DNA from: Archaeoglobus fulgidus DSM 4304
GTDB taxonomy: Archaea; Halobacteriota; Archaeoglobi; Archaeoglobales; Archaeoglobaceae
NCBI RefSeq assembly: GCF_000008665.1
Contig: NC_000917.1
Span: 210,001 to 242,000 of the forward strand
Length of the DNA stretch: 32,000 nt
Direction of reading: 5' to 3'
This document shows, piece by piece, positions 7,995-15,084 of this stretch. The translations under genes were made by a program, and so were the position numbers. Under the pieces are notes generated by a model, which did not search any database, was not told the DNA's origin, and worked only from the letters and a program-made list of their open reading frames with translations. Position 1 is the stretch's first letter. Every line of letters starts with the position of its first letter.

Positions 7995-9580
7995 AAGCCG
8001 CAATAATCGATGGATACGTTGACGAGCCTTCCTGTCTCGGAGTTCCGCCTTACGTAGCTCCCTATCCAAGATACATTTACGGGATGCTGAAATCGCTCGA
8101 TTATGAGGCAACCTACTTCACAATCGACCACCTCAGAGCCCATCCGGAAACTGTCGAGAGGTTGAAGAAGTTTGATTTGGCTGTGATCATTGCGGGCATA
8201 GCTGTTCCCGGAAAGTATCTCGGAGGAAAGCCTTTGAGCAAGAAGGAGCTTTTTTCAATGGGGCTTGCTGAGAGAAATCTGCTCGTAGGCCCAATCACCC
8301 TCGAACTTTCGCAGAAGGAGTTGAGAATGCTTGAGGACGTTGAAATTGAGGTCATAGACTTCCCCTTCGAAAGGAAGCTTTTCGAGAGGCTTGGGGGAGA
8401 GAAGTTCAACCTCAATGCCTTTGCCGCTCGCGGTGCTGAGGTTGTGAGGCAGCATCCGGACTTTCCCCACATCATCTGCGAGATCGAGACCTACAGGGGG
8501 TGCTACTGGGGCAAGTGCAGCTTCTGCATCGAGAGAGTTCACAGCCTGTGGTTCCGAAGCCCTGAAGACGTGCTTGGAGAGGTAAAAGCCCTCTACGATT
8601 GCGGTGTTAGACACTTCCGTCTCGGAAGGCAGACTGACTTTTTCAGCTATCTGGGGGAGTTTGAGGGTGTTCCGAGACCGAATCCTGAGGCGATGAAAAA
8701 GTTTCACAGGGCGATATGGGATTTGTGCCCAAAAATCAAAACCCTCCACATCGACAACGTGAATCCGAAAACGATAGCGGAGCATCCGGAAGAGTCTGCG
8801 GAGCTTATAAAGACCATCGTAATGTATCAGACTCCCGGCAACGTGGCGGCCATGGGGCTTGAGAGTGCCGATGAGAGAGTTGTGAGGAAAAACAGCCTGG
8901 CAGCATCTCCGGAGGAGGTAATGTTCGCCATCGAGCTGATTAACAGATACGGCAGGCACCCCTCCTACAACGGTCTTCCCTACTTTCTCCCTGGCATAAA
9001 CTTCGTCATAGGGCTGAAAGGGGAGACGAAGGAGACTTTTGAGCTGAACTACCGGTTTCTCGAGGAGGTTATGGAAAGAAACCTCCTTCTGAGGAGAATC
9101 AACATCAGGCAGGTGAAGATATTCCCCGGAACGCCGATGGAGAAGGAGGGGGACAGAAGGCTGAAAAAGCACAGAAAGGAGTTTATAGCTTTCAAAAACA
9201 GAGTGAGGGAGAACATAGACACGCCCATGCTGAAAAAAATTCTTCCCAAAGGTAGAAGGATAACCGACCTCAGAGTGGAGGTTGAGGGCAAAATCAGCTA
9301 CGCGAGGCAGCTTGCTACCTACCCGATTCTTGTTGGTCTGGTTGGAAAGTACCCCAGAAATCTCTATGTTGACGCAAGGGTTGTCGATTACGGCCACAGG
9401 AGCGTTACTGCGGTTGAGGCCGACCTTGACGTAAACAAAGCCACCCTGGAGCAGCTTGAGTTTTTGCTCGGAAAGGTCGGCCGAGAGGTTTATATGAGGA
9501 GACCCATAGGAAGTGATGCTGAACTGGAAGCAATTGGTGGAAAGGAAGCCTTGGTTTACCTCAAGGTGGGTGGAGAATAA
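7991..9580 (+). CDS. Radical SAM superfamily enzyme with C-terminal helix-hairpin-helix (COG1031-type), function unknown
   Basis: Cys triad YRGCYWGKCSFC (CX4CX2C spacing as read) and a C-terminal HhH-like LEQLEFLLGKVGREV. ATG 7991 overlaps the upstream stop (ATGA), so I prefer it to the track start at 7925. Confidence 0.75.
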   Translation: MKAAIIDGYVDEPSCLGVPPYVAPYPRYIYGMLKSLDYEATYFTIDHLRAHPETVERLKKFDLAVIIAGIAVPGKYLGGKPLSKKELFSMGLAERNLLVGPITLELSQKELRMLEDVEIEVIDFPFERKLFERLGGEKFNLNAFAARGAEVVRQHPDFPHIICEIETYRGCYWGKCSFCIERVHSLWFRSPEDVLGEVKALYDCGVRHFRLGRQTDFFSYLGEFEGVPRPNPEAMKKFHRAIWDLCPKIKTLHIDNVNPKTIAEHPEESAELIKTIVMYQTPGNVAAMGLESADERVVRKNSLAASPEEVMFAIELINRYGRHPSYNGLPYFLPGINFVIGLKGETKETFELNYRFLEEVMERNLLLRRINIRQVKIFPGTPMEKEGDRRLKKHRKEFIAFKNRVRENIDTPMLKKILPKGRRITDLRVEVEGKISYARQLATYPILVGLVGKYPRNLYVDARVVDYGHRSVTAVEADLDVNKATLEQLEFLLGKVGREVYMRRPIGSDAELEAIGGKEALVYLKVGGE

Positions 9581-9695
9581 TTAGAGACTATTTCCATTAA
9601 ACTCTCGGCGGTGAATATGATTCAATTGTAAATAAAAAAAATTGAGAATGGAAAAAGCTTTATACGGAGAGGAATTAGCCAGAATTGGTGGTTAA

Positions 9696-10925
9696 ATGAA
9701 TATCTTTGACAATATTTTGAGCTCAGCGACAATATTTAAAAATAGAGATGTTTTAAGGCATAGTTACACACCAGAAAAGCTCCCGCACAGGGAAGAGCAG
9801 ATCAACCAGCTTGCACTACTGCTCTCCCCCATGCTTAGGGGCGGGACTCCCTCAAACATCTTCATTTACGGAAAAACAGGTACGGGAAAAACCGCAACCG
9901 TGCTTTTTGTAGCCAGACAGCTGGAGGAGGCGAGCAGGAAGGCGAAGCTGAATGTAGCGGTACATTACATAAACTGCGAGATCGTTGATACCGCCTACAG
10001 GGTTCTTGCAAGCCTGGCGAGAAAGTTCGGCAGCAACGTCCCCATGACCGGCTGGCCTACCGACCAGGTTTATGAAGAGGTCAAAAAAGCTCTTGAGAGG
10101 AGAGGAACCAGAGTTGTTGTTATTCTCGACGAAATAGACAAGCTGGTTAAGAAGGCCGAGGAAGCTCTGTACGGCCTCACGAGGATAAACTCGGAGCTTG
10201 AGAATTCGAGCATCTGCATTGTTGGGATATCTAACAACCTGAAATTCAAGGAGTATCTGGATGCGAGAATTTTGAGCTCGCTCAGCGAGGAAGAGATTGT
10301 TTTTCCGCCATACAATGCAGAGCAGCTTGAGGACATTCTGCAGCAGAGGGCAAAGCTGGCTTTTGAGGACGGAGTGCTGGAGGATGGAGTTATCCAGCTC
10401 TGCGCTGCAATAGCTGCTCAGGAGCACGGTGATGCGAGAAAAGCCCTCGATTTGCTGAGAGTGAGTGCTGAGATTGCTGAGAGGGAAAGGGACAGCATGG
10501 TGAGGGTTGAGCACGTTAAGAAGGCCGTAAGGAAAATTGAGACAGACTACATGATTGAGACAGTAAGGACTTTACCGGTTCACAGCAAAATTCTGCTCTA
10601 CAGCATGTCCTTGATTTCTGAGAACTCGCCAAAGTTCACGACAGGGGAGGTTTACTGCGTTTACAAGAAGCTTTGCGGAAAGGTTGGAGTTGACCCGCTC
10701 ACGCAGAGAAGAATCAGTGATTTGATTTCTGAACTCGATATGCTCGGAATTCTGAACTCCGTTGTAATATCCAAAGGGAGGTATGGCAGGACAAGGGAGA
10801 TGAAGCTTGAAGCTGACGAAAAAGTTCTTAGAAAAGCTCTTGAGGAAGATTACAGGCTGCAAAACCTCAGAAAATTCGAGGGGGAGCTGAAGAAGCTGGC
10901 GAACCTCAACTTATTCCAGTTTTAG
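9696..10925 (+). CDS. cdc6: Orc1/Cdc6 replication initiator (AAA+ with C-terminal winged helix)
   Basis: Walker A GKTGTGKT, Walker B VVILDEID, and the conserved N-terminal FKNRDVLRHSYTPEKLPHREEQI typical of archaeal Orc1/Cdc6. Confidence 0.92.
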   Translation: MNIFDNILSSATIFKNRDVLRHSYTPEKLPHREEQINQLALLLSPMLRGGTPSNIFIYGKTGTGKTATVLFVARQLEEASRKAKLNVAVHYINCEIVDTAYRVLASLARKFGSNVPMTGWPTDQVYEEVKKALERRGTRVVVILDEIDKLVKKAEEALYGLTRINSELENSSICIVGISNNLKFKEYLDARILSSLSEEEIVFPPYNAEQLEDILQQRAKLAFEDGVLEDGVIQLCAAIAAQEHGDARKALDLLRVSAEIAERERDSMVRVEHVKKAVRKIETDYMIETVRTLPVHSKILLYSMSLISENSPKFTTGEVYCVYKKLCGKVGVDPLTQRRISDLISELDMLGILNSVVISKGRYGRTREMKLEADEKVLRKALEEDYRLQNLRKFEGELKKLANLNLFQF

Positions 10926-10931
10926 AAAGAC

Positions 10932-10945
10932 TTTTATTTTCTTTT
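10932..10945 (+). terminator. Oligo-T tract after cdc6
   Basis: TTTTATTTTCTTTT starts 7 nt after the cdc6 stop. Archaeal termination commonly uses T-runs. Confidence 0.4.
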
Positions 10946-10967
10946 ATCAACTTTTCCTACCCGGCGT

Positions 10968-11026
10968 GCCCGCCAGCCATGCGTTCCCTGATTGGTGAGG
11001 GGAATTCCACTTGGCGGGCTACAATT
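10968..11026 (+). ncRNA. Candidate single-hairpin box H/ACA guide sRNA with K-loop
   Basis: Lower stem GCCCGCC (10968-10974) pairs with GGCGGGC (11013-11019). Internal loop strands are AGCCAUGCG and UUCCACUU. Upper stem UUCCCU (10984-10989) pairs with GGGGAA (10999-11004). It is capped by CUGA...GUGA, which can form tandem sheared G.A pairs. ACA lies at 11021-11023 and a T5 run at 11025-11029. An A/T box TTTTATCAA sits about 20-25 nt upstream. Confidence 0.5.
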
Positions 11027-11059
11027 TTTGCTTTATTGGAGCTTTTACCTATGTAAACC

Positions 11060-11692
11060 TCAACCCCTCCTGACCACGTAAATTGCATCGGCAAGCTTCT
11101 TGTCGAGGGCGAACTGGGTGTTTTCAATCTGAATAACAAAGGCGGGATAAACCCTTATGACCTTTAACCCAACACCGGGAATTATGCCTGCTGAGATTAA
11201 CATCCTTGTTTCCCTGTCATCAGCCACGGTGTACTTGACTTCTGCCTCGTCTCCCGGAGAGAGCTCACTCAGCCTGTAGATGACCTTCTCCACCTCTGTT
11301 TCCTTCTCTATGCAGCAGTGGCCCTGAGGAATTTTCCTGCCATGCGGGCAGACCTGAGGATGTCCCAGTAAGGTGCATATCGCCTCCTCAGCCTCATCGT
11401 CAATTAGATGCTCGAACTTGCAAGCGTGCTCTTCAACATCCTTAAACCCCAAAATGTCGCTAAGGAGCCTTTCAGCAAGTCTGTGAAGCCTAACGATTTT
11501 CTCTGCCTTTTTCCTACCTTTATCTGTCAGCTTGATAATGCCTCCGTCAACTGTCAGCAATCCTTCTCTCTTCAGCTCTTCCAGTGCCTCTGTTTCCACA
11601 GAATCGACTTTAAGCCTTTTTCCTTCCTCCTCTGCCATCCATACATCTCTCAGGATGTTCTCCGCAGTTTCTGAAAGCTTTAAAACCGTCAA
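11060..11692 (-). CDS. DtxR/MntR-family metal-sensing protein with C-terminal FeoA/SH3-like domain
   Basis: Contains RLHRLAERLL and HACKFEH (DtxR dimerisation/metal-site motifs) and a C-terminal FeoA-like segment (LSELSPGDEAEVKY...GIIPGVGLKVIRV). Its TTG start overlaps the feoB stop (TTGA). Confidence 0.8.
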   Translation of the reverse strand: MTVLKLSETAENILRDVWMAEEEGKRLKVDSVETEALEELKREGLLTVDGGIIKLTDKGRKKAEKIVRLHRLAERLLSDILGFKDVEEHACKFEHLIDDEAEEAICTLLGHPQVCPHGRKIPQGHCCIEKETEVEKVIYRLSELSPGDEAEVKYTVADDRETRMLISAGIIPGVGLKVIRVYPAFVIQIENTQFALDKKLADAIYVVRRG

Positions 11693-13608
11693 ACCACCCC
11701 CATCATAACAGCAGTGGCGTAGCCTGCAGTAAAGGCTATCGCCACAGACAGCAAGAATACAGCTATTCCCTGCTTTATCCCCCTCTCCTTGCAGATGATG
11801 CTGAACTGGGCTATGCAGGGAACAAAGAGAGTTAGAGTGACCATCGCAACAACAACCTGTCCGTAGCTCAGCAAACCCTCGCTGGAGATGTCAAAAAGTC
11901 CTGCAGCTCCGTAATCCCTCCTGAAAAACCCGTAAAGGAACACTTCGGAGGCTTTGGGTGGAAGTCCTATTGCGGAGACTGGTACACTCAGTGCTGAAAC
12001 TATGATGTCAAAGGCGGTCGTTATTCTTCCAATCCAGATCAAAACGCTTATGAGGACAAAAATCGGGAGAACTTCCTTAAAGTACCACTCCAATCTCGAA
12101 ACGGTTTTGTAAAACACATTTTCAGGCCTTGGGACCCTTATGGGAGGTATTTCCATGAAGAAAACTGCTCTCTCACCCGGAATCACCCTTGAGGAAATAA
12201 ATCCCGCTATCAGCAGAACTGCAGTAACCACTGAGATCCATATCATCATCGCCCTGAAGTCAGGGGCAATTCCGAGCATCACGCCAAGCTGAGCGCTGCA
12301 TGGAATGCCCACTGCAAGGAGAATCGTGGCAATAACCCTCTCCCTCCACGTTTCGAGAATTCTTGTAACAATAACGGCCATCGTTCCGCATCCAGTTCCG
12401 AGGAGAAGTGGGATAACAGCTCTGCCACTCATCCCGATTTTCTTGAAAATTCCATCCAGCAGGTAAGCCGTCCTCGGAAGAATTCCCGAATCCTCAAGAA
12501 GGGAGAAGGCAATGAAGAAGGTTGTGACTATGGGGAAGATTATTGCAATTGCGTATCTGATTCCGAGAGTGATAATGCCGTACTCTCCGCCGATAAGCTC
12601 CCTCAGCCAGTAATTAGGAATGTTCTGCTCAAGAAAGGTGTTCACGGCAGTGTTAACGTTCTCCTCAAACCAAGTTTCAATTAAGTCAACGAGAATCTGA
12701 GCTCCCAGAATGCCTGCGAGAAGGTAGATGAAGGCGAGGGACAGAATTGTTAGGGGAATTCCGAAAAGGGGATTGAGGGCGAGAATACCGATTTTTCTTG
12801 CAATGCTGCTCTCCACGTCCCTCTCCTCGATAACGCCATCGAGAATTCTTTCGGCATTCTCATAGATTTCCCTCATTATCTCGTAGGGGAGAAGATTGCT
12901 TTTGCTGACCTTTTCCAGTATCTGAGGATAATTCTTCTCCCTCTTAACGGCCTCAAGTGACACTGAGTCTTTCAGAAGGAGAAGAATCGCCAGTCCTCTC
13001 TTTGAAATGCTGTATTCTCCTTCAATCAGCCCTTCAACCTCGGATACAACTTTCTCAACCTGTGGGGAGAAGCGAATTAACCTCTTTTTCTCTGGCTTTA
13101 AACCAATTCTCTTTCTTATTTCATCCTTCAGACGCCCAACTCCTCTCTTCTCAGTCGCAACGGTTTTCAGAACTGGAATGCCCAGTCTCTCCTCAAGCAG
13201 CTTCTCGTTTATGAAAATTCCAAACTTCTCGGCCTCATCAACGAGGTTCAGGACGAGTATGGTGTTGAACCCCGCCTCTATGAGCTGAAGGGTGAAGGGA
13301 AGCGCTCTCCTTATGTTCTTCGCATCAACAACGTGAACGACTAAATCAGCCTCCTCAAGCAGCTTTCTTGCCACCTCCTCCTCTCCCGTAACCGGAACGA
13401 GGGAGTGCATTCCCGGAGTGTCGATAATCTCCAGATCACCAAGTTTGGCAACGGCAATGTCGACTGTTGTGCCGGGGTAGTTGGAAATGGTCGCATACTT
13501 CCCGGTGAGGGCGTAAAATAGAGCGCTTTTCCCCACATTGGGGTTCCCCACGAGCGCCACCTTTTTTTCTGCAGTGACGGTTTCCGCTTTAACACTGTGA
13601 CATTCCAT
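11689..13608 (-). CDS. feoB: Ferrous iron transporter FeoB
   Basis: N-terminal G domain with GNPNVGKS (G1), DTPG (G3) and NLVD (G4), followed by a polytopic membrane domain; 639 aa. Confidence 0.93.
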   Translation of the reverse strand: MECHSVKAETVTAEKKVALVGNPNVGKSALFYALTGKYATISNYPGTTVDIAVAKLGDLEIIDTPGMHSLVPVTGEEEVARKLLEEADLVVHVVDAKNIRRALPFTLQLIEAGFNTILVLNLVDEAEKFGIFINEKLLEERLGIPVLKTVATEKRGVGRLKDEIRKRIGLKPEKKRLIRFSPQVEKVVSEVEGLIEGEYSISKRGLAILLLLKDSVSLEAVKREKNYPQILEKVSKSNLLPYEIMREIYENAERILDGVIEERDVESSIARKIGILALNPLFGIPLTILSLAFIYLLAGILGAQILVDLIETWFEENVNTAVNTFLEQNIPNYWLRELIGGEYGIITLGIRYAIAIIFPIVTTFFIAFSLLEDSGILPRTAYLLDGIFKKIGMSGRAVIPLLLGTGCGTMAVIVTRILETWRERVIATILLAVGIPCSAQLGVMLGIAPDFRAMMIWISVVTAVLLIAGFISSRVIPGERAVFFMEIPPIRVPRPENVFYKTVSRLEWYFKEVLPIFVLISVLIWIGRITTAFDIIVSALSVPVSAIGLPPKASEVFLYGFFRRDYGAAGLFDISSEGLLSYGQVVVAMVTLTLFVPCIAQFSIICKERGIKQGIAVFLLSVAIAFTAGYATAVMMGVV

Positions 13609-13609
13609 T

Positions 13610-13628
13610 GGTTTTTAGGCTAACCTAA
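13610..13628. promoter_or_regulatory. DtxR/IdeR-type iron-box-like operator at the feoB promoter
   Basis: GGTTTTTAGGCTAACCTAA matches 14 of 19 positions of the remembered consensus TTAGGTTAGSCTAACCTAA, with the right 14 nt perfect. The core TTAGGCTAACCTAA (13615-13628) is a 12/14 palindrome. It lies between the minus-strand TATA TTTAAATA (13631-13638) and the ATG at 13608. Confidence 0.5.
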
Positions 13629-13716
13629 ATTATTTAAAGGTTTTGGTCAAAAAATTCAAAACCGATTTTTTAATACAGAAAATTAAAGTTATTAACAACT
13701 TAGCCCTAAGCAAGCT

Positions 13717-15084
13717 GTGAAGTGTGCCGTAATCGTCGTAGTTGATGGTGTAAGCCACGGTGTTTTCTGGAGGCTTTTCAAAGCCGGGAAGCTCCCCTTT
13801 TTGGAGGAGATTTCAAAGGAGTCTCTTTTGATTGATGAATGCATCTCTGTCTTCCCCTCTGCCACTGTTAGCGGTCACGCTTCCATTTCAACGGCAGCAT
13901 TTCCGGGTGAGCACGGGCTTGTTGGGCAGGCGTGGTACGACAGAGCGAAAGGGGAGTATGTGGGATACGATTTCGAGCTAACAATGCCCGACAACTGGAT
14001 TGATGCTTCCACAAATCTTAACGATGAGCACCTTGTTGCGAAGACAGGCTTTGAGATGGCCAAGGATCTGGGTTTGAGAACATTCAGCGCTGATCTGGTG
14101 AGAAAGGGTGCAGACCTGAAGATGAGCTTCATATCTCCGGGAGAGGATAAAGGTGTGGCTGTTGCCAGCAAGCTCATGTTTTTGAGGAGGTTTGCAAGGC
14201 ATAGGGGGAGAAAGAAGAGCTCTTTCTTGAAAAAGTTGATTTTGAAGCTTTTCCCGCTGCACGTTCTGCAGCATGAGATTGCTGTGAGGAACACTCTTAA
14301 GGCTGTGAGAGCTGGATACAGGTTTGGAGTGACGTGGTTCATGGAGACGGATGCCGCATCGCACCTCTTCGGGCCTGACAGCTTCGAGGGGGAGGAGGGT
14401 AAGCCTTTCATCTACGATTCTGCAGAAGATGCAATCAGAGATGCTGACGAAGAGCTTGGGAAGCTCTACAGGGAGCTTGAAAAGGATTTTGAACCAGTTA
14501 TGGGTGTAGTTACGGACCACGGTCAGATGAGGCTTAAGGAGGGTGAGAAGTATCATGTTGATTTGGCAGAGGAGTTTGAAGAGTTCGGCCTCAACGCCTT
14601 CACCAACATCGATTACCACGAGTACAGGCAGAGAACAGGAAAGGAAGGTGATGCGGTTTTCGCACCAAGCGGTCCGAGGATGTGCCACATTTATGCTCTA
14701 AAACGGGAAGAAAAGGTTTTTGAAGCTCTAAGAGAATTCGAGAGTGTTGAGCACGTATTCTTCAAAAAGGATGGTGAAATTTACGTGGCAGACGAAAAGG
14801 AGGTGCTACCTCTCAGCGAATACGAGTTTGGCGAGGAGTATCCGATGGCCAAAGAGAGAGTTAAGGGTTTGTTGAAGAGCGAGAGGTGCGGTGACTTTGT
14901 TATTGCAGCAAGGAGGGGATATGAATTTGAGAGGGCAGACCACAAGGGGGCACATGGGGGGCTTTACTTTGAGGAGTCCGTTGGTTTCGGCCTAATCCAC
15001 AAGCCGGGATTGAAGGAGGAGTGGAAAGAAAGGGGGATGATTATGGATATTTTACCTGCAGTCCTCAAGCTTCTCAGTTCTTAG
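13717..15084 (+). CDS. Alkaline-phosphatase-superfamily protein (type I phosphodiesterase/nucleotide pyrophosphatase-like)
   Basis: Contains DGVSH...FPSATVSGHASISTAAFPGEHGLVG (nucleophile region typical of NPP/AP enzymes), then DAASH and TDHGQ. It has a GTG start with an A/T box about 28 nt upstream. Confidence 0.7.
   Translation: MKCAVIVVVDGVSHGVFWRLFKAGKLPFLEEISKESLLIDECISVFPSATVSGHASISTAAFPGEHGLVGQAWYDRAKGEYVGYDFELTMPDNWIDASTNLNDEHLVAKTGFEMAKDLGLRTFSADLVRKGADLKMSFISPGEDKGVAVASKLMFLRRFARHRGRKKSSFLKKLILKLFPLHVLQHEIAVRNTLKAVRAGYRFGVTWFMETDAASHLFGPDSFEGEEGKPFIYDSAEDAIRDADEELGKLYRELEKDFEPVMGVVTDHGQMRLKEGEKYHVDLAEEFEEFGLNAFTNIDYHEYRQRTGKEGDAVFAPSGPRMCHIYALKREEKVFEALREFESVEHVFFKKDGEIYVADEKEVLPLSEYEFGEEYPMAKERVKGLLKSERCGDFVIAARRGYEFERADHKGAHGGLYFEESVGFGLIHKPGLKEEWKERGMIMDILPAVLKLLSS

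Noticed and set aside
8255-9397. A 380-aa minus-strand ORF antisense to the radical SAM gene. Similar long antisense ORFs occur at 5559-6221, 9852-10514, 13978-14688 and 8113-8475.
   Set aside because: Each lies entirely inside a gene on the opposite strand that has clear family motifs. Their sequences are low-complexity (rich in S, L, R and P) with no recognisable motifs. This is typical of shadow ORFs opposite coding regions.
9581-9695. Calling the cdc6 upstream spacer the chromosomal replication origin.
   Set aside because: The spacer is only 115 bp with two short repeats, whereas mapped archaeal origins are several hundred bp with multiple ORB copies. I kept it only as a possible Orc1 autoregulatory site.
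10957-11139. A 60-aa minus-strand ORF in the cdc6/dtxR-like spacer.
   Set aside because: It overlaps the 3' end of the dtxR-like gene in another frame and runs antisense through the H/ACA-like hairpin. It has no promoter or Shine-Dalgarno support, and the structured-RNA explanation fits the sequence better.
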